DNA from: Leucoraja erinacea
Taxonomy: Eukaryota
Assembly: GCF_028641065.1 (NCBI RefSeq)
Contig: NC_073384.1
Location: 29,698,001-29,762,000, forward strand
Direction: 5' to 3'
Length of the DNA stretch: 64,000 bases
Within the stretch, counting starts at the first letter, position 1, and every line of letters starts with the position of its first letter. Under the pieces are notes generated by a model. It did no database searches and was not told where the DNA came from. It worked only from the letters and a program-made list of their open reading frames with translations. Below are positions 13,860 to 26,965 of the stretch, one piece after another. Made by a program: the position numbers and the translations under genes.

Positions 13860-14132
13860 ACCTCAACGGCGGATCAGGCGGACAAAGTTATCTTGAACTC
13901 AACGGCTATGAAGGCGAATGAAGGCTGCAACAGGTCTATCAGCTCCAATCGTCTTGGTTCCCTTGCCATTGGAATGAGTTGATTGATTTGTGAAGGACCG
14001 TGCGCTTCTCGGAGTGCCAACATCAAGTACACATTAAACAAACACACGCACAGGTGTCTTCATTCTGTGAGCAGAAAAACAACGGAACGTAGACCATCAT
14101 CCTCGACCTCGAGGGATAGCCACAACGACGAT
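13860..14132 (+). mobile_element. Short RTE-derived non-autonomous element (probable)
   Basis: CpG-rich 270-bp island in AT-rich DNA, ending ACCATCATCCTCGACCTCGAGGGATAGCCACAACGACGA, a trinucleotide-tailed end like RTE-clade 3' ends. Confidence 0.45.
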
Positions 14133-15869
14133 CAGACTTGAAATGTTAATCATCTCTCTTTCCACAGATGCAGTCTGGTCTGCTGAGTGTTTTGGTACTT
14201 ACTGCTTTTATTTCAGATTTCTTGTTTCTGCAGCTCTGGGATTTCCAGAAGTGACAATTCTTGGCTGTTTTGCTTACCCTTAGGCTAACCATCTGGAAGA
14301 TTAAGGACTAAGAATATGGTTCAAAGTAATGATTTATCATGTGCTTTTTTGACCGACTGTCATACAAGAACGCATTGTGGGGTGTGTTCAATATCTGTAG
14401 ACTTCCTGTGAACATTTTGCTTTATCTATCACGCAAAATTTGTAGATGCAACATATTCTGTCCTCAGATTACTATTCCAACATGATAATACCATCTATTG
14501 TAATCCTTATACATCCCACAGACCATTTCAAGTTGACTGTAGTCCCTTATTTTCTTTCACGACTTTCAACGGACCACTGTGCTCAACTTTAGGAGTGACT
14601 ACATTGAAAATATTAATGAAGTAGTAACCAAGCTGTTGTCTGACAGCTCAGAATAAATTTCAACTTTAATTATTTCTCCTTTGTGATAAAGCACACTGTG
14701 CTGATAAACCCAGCTAATGAATTGAACATCTCGGGAGAATTCAAGGGAACACAACTTTGCATTCAGCCGCTCACATTCTTGCCCCCTCTCTTATACCAGT
14801 TCTTTCCTTTCTTTTATCTTTACATCTCATACCTTACCCAGTGTTTTTCTGAGCTTTTTTCACGTGCATTCTCAGGTGCCAACACATTCTTCTCTTGGGA
14901 TGTTAATGTGCAGAGCTCATTGGATTAATCAATTGTTTTGGGTTTTGCAATCAGTTGTGAAAATGTACTTAAAAAACCCATCTGCCCTGGGATTTATGGA
15001 TCAGCTGAGGCTTAGTTCGATTTTAGGATTCCTTCTATTCCAATTGACAAGAGTATTAAGGACACTGTACTGAGACACACAGTGGTGCAACACCATGGAT
15101 CCAGGTTCATTCCTGATTCCCATGTGTGTATTTGCCCCTTCTCCCTTTGACTGTGTGGTGTATCCCATGTGCTCTGGTTTCCTCCCACTTCCTCCCACTT
15201 CCCATGAGTTGGTAGGTTAATTTAGTAATCTAAGTACCACAAGTGCAGGCAGTAGCTACACTTATCAGGGTGGTATTGAAGGAGTTGTGAGAGTACAGGT
15301 TACAAGGAATATGTTAGGCAGGTGGAGTTAATGGGATTATGCTATGATCAAGCATGAACTAAATAGGTTGTAAGGCATCATTTGTTGTAAGAACATACAT
15401 TTTGGAAATAGAAAGAAAATGTCACTGGAGAAACCCATTCCAAATAATAAATTGCTTCTTAGGACATTTTAATTCCAGGATTATTGCTCTTGACACAATA
15501 CTGTTGGCAATAGTTGCCCTTTTTTACTGGAACCATTGAAGAATTAGCTTAGCGCTAATGCTATTTTTTTGGACCCCTATCAAACTAATTCCAGAGTCGA
15601 AATAGAATTGTGGGTTGAGAGTACCTTGCGATCTCAGTTCTAAATTGCTTTAATCTGTTAACAAAAGGGCCATTACCACAGCCCACCTGAATGGATGAGC
15701 TAATCATTACCACAACACCACTTCACATTCCACAATTGACACCAGCTCCCCTTGACAAGGGGAAGAGGGACATGACAGGTAACAGTAGGGATGGAAAAGC
15801 TACACTAAACCTCAGCAAATGCTTCAATAGTATTGCTGCCGTAAACACTAGTTATTGAAGTCAGCCACT

Positions 15870-16000
15870 GGGGTACCTACTTGAATTCCAGAGGAAAGAG
15901 TTCAATACTCACATGTGCCACTGCAGTTGAGCATTGAGAGAGTGCCACACTGTCAGAGGTGCTGCTTATTGGGGGATTTTAAAATGGATGAGATTAAAAG
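15870..16000 (+). mobile_element. DeuSINE-like relic (Deu domain)
   Basis: GAGAGTGCCACACTGTCAGAGGTGC...GGATGAGATTAAA resembles the Deu domain as recalled; a second copy on minus at ~48240-48400. Confidence 0.5.
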
Positions 16001-16269
16001 TTTTGAAACATAGATTTTATCGACATCGGAAATGGTTGGGAAAAATCATCGCCATTTTTAAGGAAAAAAATTATAAATTTGAAACAGGAAGCCGCAGGAA
16101 CTTTGAGGAGGGCAAGGAAGGGCTGTCAAAACAGCCAGTCAGAATGTAGGAATTATAGACTGGGCATAGCCTTCACATTATCATTTATTTTGAAACCCCA
16201 GAAAGATGCTGTTTACTCCCAATGAGCCATAACTCTGTCTTCTTGAAACATCCCATATACCAAAACTAC

Positions 16270-16455
16270 TTACACAAAAAAGCTGGAGAAACTCAGCGGG
16301 TGCAGCAGCATCTATGGAGCGAAGGAAATAGGCAACGTTTCGGGCCGAAACGTTGCCTATTTCCTTCGCTCTATAGATGCTGCTGCACCCGCTGAGTTTC
16401 TCCAGCTTTTTTGTGTAACCTTCGATTCTCCAGCATCTGCAGTTCCTTCTTAAAT
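16270..16455. mobile_element. Penelope terminal-repeat foldback element
   Basis: 74-bp inverted arms 16270-16418 with one mismatch, centred at 16344; flanked by a 16-bp direct repeat ATACC(A/T)AAACTACTTA. Confidence 0.85.
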
Positions 16456-16984
16456 ACCTAAACTACTTAACCAGCTAACTTTCACAAATATGCTCCAGAG
16501 CATACACTGCCAAGGAGCAACGTATAGGGGAATATGGGGTATTTATCTTCCATTTTGTTTCTTTGCTTACTTCATTATCTCATTTGAGCTATGATGCTCT
16601 ATTAAAACATTTTAATTAAAAATGGTATTCATGTGTATACATTGATATGGGAACCGCTGACATGTCCAGCATTTAATGCCCATCCATAATAAGGAATTGT
16701 TAAATCACCGTTTTTAATCTCTGCAGATCGTCTCATGAATACAATCCCAGAATGCCACAATCCCAGAATGCCATCAACGATGGAATAATATACTTGCAAG
16801 TCAGCATGTGCGACTTCAAGGAGAACATGCATGAGGTGGTGTTCCCATGTGTCCGAAGCTCTTATCCTTCTTGGTGGTAGAAGAGGTAATTTGTCAGGTA
16901 TTGACGGATTAGTCTGGGTAATTGTATTTTGTCGCTGGTATGCACCGTAGCCACGGTGCGTCAGTAGTGCATAGAATACAGAAC

Positions 16985-18030
16985 GTATGATGAGCGTTTG
17001 ATGGCATAGGGCCTGTACTAGTTGGAGTTTAAAACAATGAGGAGGGACCTTGTTGAAACTTATGGAATAGTGAAAGGCCTGGATAGAGTGGATGTGGAGA
17101 GGATGTCTCCACTAGTGGGAGAGTCTAGGACCGACCTCAGAATAAAAGGACATACCTTTAGAAAGGTGATGAGGAGGAATTTATTTAGTCAGAGGGTGGT
17201 GAATCTGTGGAATTCTTTGGCACAGATGGCTGGGGAGGCCATGTCATTGGGTATTTTTAAAGCAGAGTTTGGCAGATTTTTGATTAGTAATTGTGTCAAG
17301 GTTATGGGGAAAATATAGGAGAATGGGGTTGCGAGGGAAAGATAGGAAAGCTATGATTGAAAGGCTTAGACTCAACGGACTGAATGGCCTAATTCTGCTC
17401 CTATGATTTATGAGAACAGTACATAGAACATTACACTATAGGAATGTTCTTCAGCGCACAATTTCTGTGCTAAACATGATGCTACATTAATCTCCTCTGC
17501 CTGCACATGATCCATATCTCTCCATCCCGTGTATATCCATATGCCTATCTAAAAGCCTCTTAAACACAATCACCATCCCTGGCTGCTTCCATCACCACCC
17601 CTGGAAGCACATTCCCAGCATCTATCACTCTTTGTGTAAATAAATTTGCCCGTCAAGTCCCCTTTAAGACATTCTCTCTCTGACCTTAAAGCTATGGGCT
17701 CTACCCTTTGATATTTCTACACTGAGAAAGAATGTTCTGATTGTCTATCCTATCTATGCCTTTCATAATTTTATATACCTCTATCAGGTTTCACCCTCAA
17801 CCTCTGATGCTTGGGAGAAAACAATCCAAGTTTGTCCAATACTGATACCTTCCGGTCCAGGCAGCATCCTGGTAAACCTCTTACCTTCTGCACCCTTTCC
17901 AAAGCCTCGATTACTCCTGTAATGGGGCCAGAACTGCACACAACACTTCAAATGCAGCCTAACCAGTTTTATAAAGCTACAACATGACTTCCTGACTCCT
18001 AAACCTTGACCGATGAAGGCAAATGTCACC
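16985..18030. mobile_element. Two tail-to-tail CR1 3' fragments (+ 16985-17415; - 17420-18030)
   Basis: ORFs RRDLVETYGIVKG...FSQRVVNLWNSL (+) and LVRLHLKCCVQFWPHY (-). Confidence 0.85.
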
Positions 18031-19398
18031 TTCTTTATTTCCCTTAGTTTCGTTTTAGTTTTATTTTATTTTATTATTGTCACGTTTACTTTTTGCTGTG
18101 TGTTATCCAGCCAATGAAAATACTATACATGATTGAGGATAGAGGCAATCAAACCTCTAGCTTTGTTGCCGCTGTCGGGAGAGATGGACTTGGGCCCCAA
18201 GATCCCTCTCGGCATGTTTGCTGTTAAGGGTCTTGCTATTAGAGATAATAAAGTTTTAAGATATCAATGAAATGAGGTGGTGTTGAACTGTTTACATGTT
18301 GCTGGAGTGGCGCTCATCCAGGCAAGTGGAGAGTATTCCATCATACCAAGTACAGTATTGACCACATTATGTTTATTTGTGCATTCTCAATACTCCTAAA
18401 GAATAACAATAAATTATTGATTATGTCTTACAATTATTATTTTCATGTTGGTTTGAATGCATGAATTCTATTTTTATCAAATGCATATGAATTGCTTTGT
18501 TTATGATGGATAACAATATTTTGTGTACAATGGATGCATAACTAACGGATTTTTTCCCCACAGAATCAATCTTTTTTTACTGTTTGGAATAAATGTCATC
18601 ATCTACCAATTTTCTAGCACTATTCTTCAATTAAATGGGCTTTGCTGAATGAGTCATGCTGTTTGGTTAATATAGTAATAAGAATATTAGAACATCTACA
18701 ATAAGCATATAATCATGCTAATCATTCTTCATTCTGCTTTATAATCTGTATTTCTGATTGATGTTTTTTACTGTAAAATGTAGCTAAATCTTTGGAGTGA
18801 AATGTAAGGTTAAGTGAATCTAACACAAGGTCATTAAGACTTGAGCAATTAATTTAGCAGCTTTAAAAATACAGCTTATGAAAAAATCTTTACCCATCAT
18901 TCTTTGCAGTTAAAAGATAGACTCAATTTTGCAGCACATCTTTAGGCTAACTAATGATTTTCATAAAAAGCAATGGAAGTCCGACGGGAATTCGTAGCAT
19001 AGTAGCTAATATGTGAAGGCCTGGGTTATTAATATGGACACTTGAGATTGAATCTGTGTGCAGCAGCTAGAGGATTGAAATGAATCTGCTATCAGTAATG
19101 GTAACCATGAAATTACTTGATTGTCATTAAAACTTCATCTGAGTCAGAAAGCCTATTGGAGAATGAAAGATCCACCAGCATGGTTGAAATTTGACTCTTG
19201 ATTGTACTCTGCCATGCTAGTCAGTAAACTCTAGGAACAATTAGTGACATAGAACAAGCACAGGTATTGTCAGCAGCATTCACTTCCCATAAGCAAATAT
19301 GACACAAAGTGACTATACATACAGTAGATCATTAAAATGTCATGGAGCGGTAAAGAAAATAGCTCAGAAGTCCTTTAGAAGTAAATGGAACTCAAGTA

Positions 19399-20076
19399 CA
19401 GGCATCCCCCAATTTACATAGAGTCATAGAGTGATACAGTGTGGAAACATGCCCTTTGGCCCAACTTGCCCATACCGGCCAACATGTCCCAGCTGCCTTA
19501 CCTGCCCGGGTTTGCTACATATCCCTCCAAACCTGTCCTATCCATGTACCTGTCTAACTGTTTCTTATGTTGGGATAGTCCCTTCCTCAACAACCTCCTC
19601 TGGCAGCTTGTTCCATACACCCACCAACCTTTCTGTGAAAAAGTTACCCTTCAGATTCCTATTTCCCCTTCATCTTAAACCTGTCCTCTGGCCCTCTGGC
19701 GCCTACTCTGGGCAAGAGATTCTGTGCATCTACCCGATCTATTTCTCTCATGATTTTATACATAATAGGCGACTTACATAGATTCCCACTTACATAAGCA
19801 ATCTTTTAGCCCACTGACCCCCATGCGGTCTCCGTGTTGGAGCTCCTGTGTGCTTTCCGTGTCAAAGCTCCCACATGGTCTCCACCTCGGAGCTTCCCCA
19901 TGGTGTCCACATCAGAACTCCCACGTTGTCTCTGCATTAGAGCCCTACCCCATGGTCTCTGTCTCAAATAGTAAATTTACACGCAGGCCGTAGCATTAGC
20001 GTTTCCGATTTACAAAATATGCGACTTACGCAAGGGTTCACAAGACATAGCCCTTACGTAAGTTGGGGAGTGTCTG
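19399..20076. mobile_element. Tc1/mariner-pogo (Tigger-like) MITE interrupted by a CR1 3' fragment (~19420-19762, minus)
   Basis: TA|CAGGCATCCCCCAATTTAC ... CGTAAGTTGGGGAGTGTCTG|TA: imperfect TIRs with TA target duplication. Confidence 0.7.
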
Positions 20077-20439
20077 TATAAGGAAGTAGAAATTATGCCA
20101 CAGCATTTCACAGATCCATTTAGGACATACCGTGAGAACTGCGGGTACCATAGAACTTTGTGTCATTTAAAAAAAAAAACAGCATCTGCAGTTCTTTGTT
20201 TCTACATAGAATAGTACAACACAGGAATAGGCTTTTTGGCCCACAATGTCCATGCAAAACATGATGCCAAGTCAAAGAAATCGCCTCTGCCTGTACACAT
20301 TCCATATTCTTCCATTCCCTGTATGTCCATGAACCTTTCCCCCCCTCCTCCCCTCTCATTTCACAGCTGTGCTCTCTAGTCTTTGACATTTCCATACTAG
20401 GAAAAAGGTTCAGAATGATGATCCTATTTATGCCTCCCA

Positions 20440-20810
20440 ATGTTAGCGTTTGGCCTCCTGTACATCGGTGAAACCAAGCATAGACTCGGCCACTGTCTCA
20501 CCAAACACTTATGCTTAGTCCAGCAAGGCCTGCTGGATCTCCCAGCTACTAAAGATTTTAACTCGTCTTCCTATTCTCATACTGACCTTTCTGTCCCGAG
20601 CCTCCTTTGTTGCCAGAATGAGGCCACATGCAGAACACCTAATTTCCCTCTCCCTTCTTTCTCCCCACATTGCCCCCCCCCCCCCCCTTTTCTTCACCCC
20701 CTTTCCCCTGTGCCCCCACCTGGATTCACACCTATTTCTTCCCTCTCCTCCTCCATCCACCTATATTCATACTTCACAATTCACAACTCTTCAATCGTTT
20801 TGTCTTACAA
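20440..20810 (+). mobile_element. Penelope-like element fragment (GIY-YIG C-terminal half)
   Basis: GLLYIGETKHRLG...FNS.S.SHTDLSV; homologous to 38361-38700. Confidence 0.85.
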
Positions 20811-22337
20811 ATAAAAACAAATAGGATTGTATCTCCATAACATACTGTGATTTACTTTTGAATGATAACAGCACTGAAGGAGATATTTGAATCTGCACTG
20901 TCTGCAGTAGCAATTCATTTAATCACACACCACTCCCTTTCCCAACAACTGTGCAATGTTTGTCTTTCAATCACTATTTGTGAATCACCATTGAGCCTGT
21001 CTTCATCAGGCAATGCATTCTGGATCCTGCCTGCCTGCATTCCTGGCCACTATCACAATATATTAATACCATTAGATCTTTTCTTGTAAGGGAGCGTGCT
21101 GTGCACAAGTTCACTGCTTAGTTTTCCACATATCAACGGGGACCATGTCTCAAAAGTACATGTAGAAACACAGAACTACAGACGCTGGTTACACAAAAGG
21201 ACACAAAGTGCTGGAGTAACTCAGCGGGTCAGGCAGCATCCCTGCAGAACATGGATAGGAGATTTTTCAGGCTGAGACCCTTCTTCAGGCTGAATGTGGG
21301 GGGGGGGGGGGGGGGGAAAAGAGAAATTGGGAGGTGGGTTGGGTTGAGAAGTTTCCCCTAAAATTGGAGAATTCAACAGTCATACCGTTGAGTTGTAAGC
21401 TACCCAACTGGAAAATGAGGTATGATCATTGAATTCTCTACTTTTAGGCCTTGCCAAGACAGCTTGAGGTTTAAATGGAGTCAATGGGCAGGAGGTTGGT
21501 TTGTGTGATGGTCTGGGCTGCGCCCACAGTTCGCTGCAATTTCTTGCGGTCTTGGATGGAGCTGTACCCAATCCAAACTGTTATGTATCCTGATAAAATG
21601 CTTTCCATGGTACCTCTGTAGAAGTTGGTGTGTATTGTAGGGGACATGCCAAACCTACTAAGCCGTCTAAGGAAGCAGAGGCCTATTCGTAGAGGCTTAT
21701 TAGTATTTAATTGGTTGTAAAATGCCTGGATGTCCCACAATGAAAGATGTGACACAAATACATACACTTCTGCATTATGTATAAATATGGGAGTCATAAG
21801 ATGATTAATGGCAGAAAATTAAATTTGAAAATATAGTTAATCCTTCCCTCTCTTTCTTCTCTTCCTGGCTCGATCGTCCGTGGGATGTGCACTAGTAAAC
21901 ATGTAAATACCTGCAATTACATGTAATTGCCTTTTTTTGTAGATGTCACTGACAGCAGGAGAGCTTGTACAATGTGGCATGTCAATATATGCAATGTTTT
22001 CCTAAATGGGTCTGTTGTAGCTGCTGCATTTTCCAGTCACAGACACAGGAAAGGATACTTTAATGTTCAAGTCCTCATATTGTACTTCATGGTTCCACCA
22101 ATGAATCTTTTCAATTTTATAATAGCAGAAATGAAGTTTTTTAATATCATATTATGAGGTAGTTCTAGTTCGATGCAGAGATGGATAAAAAAATTGAAAT
22201 TATGAGACATAATACATTGCAAAATGAATGTTTCTACAAAAATAGAATTGTTGTAGAGCCTATCATTTTGAAATAAAAAAAGGAAAATTATGAAAATACT
22301 TAGCAGGCCCAGCAGCATCTGTGGAGAGACCATCAAT

Positions 22338-22365
22338 CTGAAGAAGGATTTTGGCCCGAAACGTT
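22338..22365 (+). ncRNA. Minimal hammerhead-ribozyme core in a Penelope terminal repeat (stem II mismatch)
   Basis: CUGAAGA-AGGAUUUUGGCCC-GAAA-CGUU. Confidence 0.5.
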
Positions 22366-23632
22366 GCCTATTTCCTTCGCTCCATAGATGCTGCCTCACA
22401 TGCTGAGTTTCTCCAGCACTTTTGTCTAGTCAATTCAATTATTCAGTTGTTAATAGAACTAAAATAATCAGTCTGTTCTTCACTCCCATTATATCAGTTT
22501 GATTGATGACCTGTGTTTTTTAAGCACTGATGAATGTAAATGTTATCCTATTGTCTGGAAATCTCCTGTACTTGGGCCCATGGGTACTTTCTTGACAGGA
22601 TAGACACAAAATGCTGGAATAACTCATAGGAATAAATGTGTCTCGACCCAAAATGTCACCTGTTGCTTTTTTCCAGAGATGCTGCCTGACCCGCTGAGTT
22701 CCTCTAGCCTTTTGTGTCTATCTTCGGTGTAAACCAACATCTAAAGTTCCTTCCTACATTTTCTTGGCAGAGAATTTGGGTTGGGACTGGTCACATCTCT
22801 GGATGAGATTAATCATTACTGCATCAAACTCTGGCATTGGGAGAAAAATATTAATAGGTGGTGTTGAGGTACGTACAATTGTGGATTTTACTAATAGGAG
22901 ACTCCATGAGAATAAGTGCCATCATTATGGATTCATTCTATAACTTAAATCATTCATTGTTTCTTTCTCTTTATGTACTGTATAAATGCATTAAGTGTTA
23001 AGAACATTTTCCATTTTCTGTTTTTCTGTTATGTGGCCCTAGTTTTTCTCATCCAACTCATTTGTGTAGCCTCTTGGGAAAGTCCCACCACCTTACCATT
23101 AACAACTCATTACTGACCAAGATGAATTGTAATGAAGCCATTTGGACTCATTTTATCTCCGACATTATTTTTATGCTACACATTCCTCCCCCACCTTCTC
23201 TCCGACAGAAACTAACCTACACAAAATACAAAGTGCTGAAGGTACTATGCAGCATCTGTGGAGGGAAATGGACATATGACGTTTTGGTTCTGATGGAGTG
23301 GGGGGAGAAAGCTGCAAAAGAGGGAGAGGTGGGGCAAAGTTATCATTTAGTTAGGAAAAGTTAGTTCGAAAACCAACTTGTATTTCTTTCTTTCCCAATT
23401 CTGGCAAAGAGTTGCAAACCTGAAATTTAACACAGATCTCTCTTTCCACAGATGCTGCCTGATCTGCTGAGCTTTTCCAGTATTTTGTTTTTGTTTTGCA
23501 ATATTTGAACATAGTTATCAACAGCAACAAGTCAGCCTATGAGCTAGAGGGGTGGGTCACATGGCTGACGGCAAACAGTCTATGGCTCAGCAAAGAACCA
23601 CTGTGCCGTAGTCTATGGCTCAGCAAAGAACC

Positions 23633-23942
23633 ACATGGTGGCGCAGTGGTAGAGTTGCTGCCTTACAGCGCTCGCAGCACCGGAGACCCGGGATCAAACC
23701 CGACTACGGGTGCTGTCTGTACGGAGTTTGTACCTTCTCCCCATGACTGCGTGGGTTTTCTCCGAGTACTTTGGTTTCCTCCCACACTCCAAAGACATAC
23801 AGGTTTGTAGGTTAATTGGCTTGGTATGTGCAAATTGCCCATAGTGTGTGTAGGGTGGTGTTAATGTGCGAGGATCGCTGGTTAGTGCGGACTCGGTAGG
23901 CCGAAGGGCCTGTTTCCACGCTATATCTCTAAACTAAACTAA
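23633..23942 (+). mobile_element. tRNA-derived V-SINE (HE1-like), near full length
   Basis: Box A TGGCGCAGTGG, box B GGATCAAACCC, V-domain GGTTTCCTCCCACACTCCAAAGAC, CR1-like tail GAAGGGCCTGTTTCC and (TAAAC)n. Decayed copies at ~8760-8910, 10540-10690, 15075-15230 and 58380-58600. Confidence 0.85.
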
Positions 23943-25569
23943 GCCAATTCATCTAGAAAGTGAAGCAATTAAGAGACTGGAGGAGATAGAAACTTCCAAC
24001 TATTCCCAATAAAAGCAGTGACACAAGAAACTGCACATGCTGCAGTCATTTCTCCAGAAAAATACAGTGGAAGATAGTTACATATAAATGATATGCTAAA
24101 AAATGTTCTCTGTATTGTAAACATTATGCTTGATACCCCTATTATCTTAAGTTGCCAAATTGCAACATGCCACTGGATGCTGTCTTTCCAATAGTTCAAC
24201 CACTGACATGACGTACAAAATCCAGCAACCAATTTGCCCTCCAACCAAGTCCCACATATAGCAACGTAACAATAAGCTGAAAATGTGTTCTGAAGAGTGG
24301 CTTGAGGGACAGATATTGGCAATAGGAGTTGAGCCAGAATCAGACAGCGAGGAGATTGTCTGCAGAGCTAAGCTGGCAGCAGAAGAGACAAAGACCATCT
24401 GGCATGCCAGAGAAAAGATCAAGGGAAATTCTGGTCCTGCAAATGGGATAAAGTGCAGGGAAGCTGCTGTGGAATCAAGCATGGCCATGTTGTTATCCTT
24501 CCCAGACCTCATCGGTGTCAGCTGCCATCTGATCATCACATGTTCCCCTTCAGATGAACCACAATCTGTCATTAATCCATCAAAATGCCAAAACCAGCAG
24601 TGATAATGACAGTAGAATATTTGCTATTTTTCTCCAGCTGGTACCATAGAGAGATTTACAGATTAACCTGGCTGAGAAAGTAGCAGACATTACATTTCCA
24701 GAAAAAAAATTATATGACCAAACAATTTAAGTAACTTTCCACCCTAAGTTTAATATATTAGTGAATACCATTCACCAAATTTCTTGACAGAAACAATATA
24801 CCAAGTCAAGTCAAGTCTAGTTTATTCGTCACATACACAACCGAGATGTGCAGTGAAATGAAAAAAGGCAATGTTCGCGGACTTTGTGCAAAAAAACAAG
24901 CAAATGAACAAACAAAACAAACAAACTTGTGCCCAGCTTTATACTGGCACAGCGGGGTAAATAAATTGTACTGTACACTGACAATGACAATTAAAATTGA
25001 ATCTGAATCTGAATCTGAATCTGAAATTAAGACTGCAGCTATAATAGTCCATAATAAATCACACATCAGCAGTACACTGTAAAGCTAGAAGGTCTGCCAT
25101 AAACATAGAATTCCAAATACACGAATGAAGGCACCATTAATACCTGTCAGATGAGTGTGAAATCACCAGTATTATCCCCTTCACCCCCCATCCCACACCG
25201 GCAGTCTGTGGCTGTTGCGCGCCCACGAGCAATAAATGCAGCAAATAAAGACACAGGAGTCTGCAGATGCTGGAATCTTGAGTAAAATACAAATTGATGG
25301 AGGAACTCAGGTAGCATCTGAGGAGAGAATGGACAGGTGATGATTCGGGTCTGAAGAAGGATCCCGTCCCAGAATGTCACCTGTCCATTCCCTTCCCTTA
25401 TGCTGCTTGACCTGCTAAATACAGCAAATAATTCAGTGGTCATGTACTTGCTGAGCATGTTGCTGACATGTGTCTGGGTTCCAAATGAATGAAAGATGAC
25501 TTTGTCACAGGCTGTGAGAACATTGCGTAGACCTGCTTGGTGACCTTCATTAATAGGTCTGTAGGACTT

Positions 25570-26675
25570 CTTTCTTTCCTTTTCTTTCAAAATCTTTTTA
25601 TTAGCTTTTTTTCCAAAAACAAAGACAAAACAAAAAAACAAAACAAAAAGAATAATGATAAACATAACAATGATATTGATACATAGGGATCAGGATTACA
25701 TTAATAACAGGTATAACCTAAATATGAGTCCAGTATCAAAATACACATTGAATATAGACCTCCCGGTCTCTATGTAAATTTAGTTAACTGTTTAAAAGAA
25801 AACTTATATATGTAAAAAAAAACAAAAAGATAAAAAGAAAAAAAAGAAAAAAGAGAAAAAAGAAAAAAACAAAACCCCCCTAAACTAGAAAAAAAAGGCA
25901 AAACAGAATCTGAGCTGAGAATTTCAACAATTTAAGTCCCTGTTTGTCATCAAGTCCGTTCCACCATATAAAGGTAAAATATTTTTTATAACAGTTGGAG
26001 AGGGAACAATTTATGTTGTGTGAAAATGTTGAATAAATCTTCCCCAAGCCCTATCAAATTTAACCAAGGGTTCAACAATGTCACTCCTGATTTTTTCTAA
26101 ATTTAAACATGATATCGTCTCAGAGTACCAATGGAGTGTGGTCAGAGGGTTAGAGTCTTTCCATTTAAATAAAATCTTGTATTGCTGGAGTGCTCGAGTA
26201 TTTTCATTCATTCTCTGTTCCAGTTTTTCAATCTTCAAATCTCTCTCCTGGCGTAGGGTTTGCAAGTTATCAATTTGTTCCTTCTGTTCACGAGATTCAT
26301 CTTGTAACACAATCAGCTTGTCTTGAACTTCCTTCAATTTGCTCGAAACTCCTTTCATCATTTCTTCCAAACTGCAAAATCTTGTTTTCATTTCATTTTT
26401 CAGTTCATCGTTCATTTTTGATATTGCTTCTAAAATACTAGTCAGAAGCTGTGGCTGCGCCTGTGGCTTTCCCACGTTCCTTCCTTGGGGAGCCTCCTTT
26501 CCCTCTTGTCTCCATCCTTTTCACGATTAAGGCGTATAAAAGTTATGAAAAGTTAGACCGTACCTTGAAGTCAAGTAATAACAAGTAACATTGAAAGAGT
26601 GGTAAGTAAAAGTTAAAAGTTAAGGGAGCAAACAAATTTGCAACCTTTACAGCATGCTGCCACTAGGAGAGTCCT
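25570..26675 (-). mobile_element. Internally deleted L1-clade element (ORF1 coiled coil joined to the ORF2 C-terminus)
   Basis: ORF 26011-26475: heptad coiled coil, then ILFKWK...W...L.LEK...F...W..F (L1 ORF2 end). U-rich 3' UTR, AATAAA and A-rich tail near 25570-25605; imperfect 14-bp flanking repeat GG(T/G)CTGTAGG(A/C)CTT. Confidence 0.75.
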
Positions 26676-26772
26676 GGGCTGTAGGCCTTTATTAGTGCCT
26701 GTGGACCTTCTTGGGTTGAATTCAATGGGGGAAAGGTACATTCTGGTCTCTGGCAGTACACATAAAAGTGAG

Positions 26773-26965
26773 AAACTCAGCGGGTGCAGCAGCATCTATG
26801 GAGCGAAGGAAATAGGCAACGTTTCGGGCCGAAACCCTTCTTCAGACGGTTTCGGCCCGAAACGTTGCCTATTTCCTTCGCTCCATAGATGCTGCTGCAC
26901 CCGCTGAGTTTCTCCAGCTTTTTTGTGTAACCTTCGATTCTCCAGCATCTGCAGTTCCCTCTTAA
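26773..26965. mobile_element. Penelope terminal-repeat foldback element with 15-bp TSD
   Basis: Inverted arms around 26840-26850; TSD ACACATAAAAGTGAG at 26758-26772 and 26966-26980. Confidence 0.9.
26818..26845 (-). ncRNA. Minimal hammerhead ribozyme core, intact
   Basis: Minus strand CUGAAGA-A-GGGUU(UC)GGCCC-GAAA-CGUU; GUU triplet; palindromic AACGUU in place of stem III. Confidence 0.7.

Noticed and set aside
23633-23715. tRNA gene
   Set aside because: Box A/B head of a V-SINE followed by the SINE body; no complete cloverleaf.
24283-24603. 106-aa ORF in non-repetitive DNA
   Set aside because: No recognisable motif or convincing splice pair; may be non-coding conserved DNA, which cannot be judged here.
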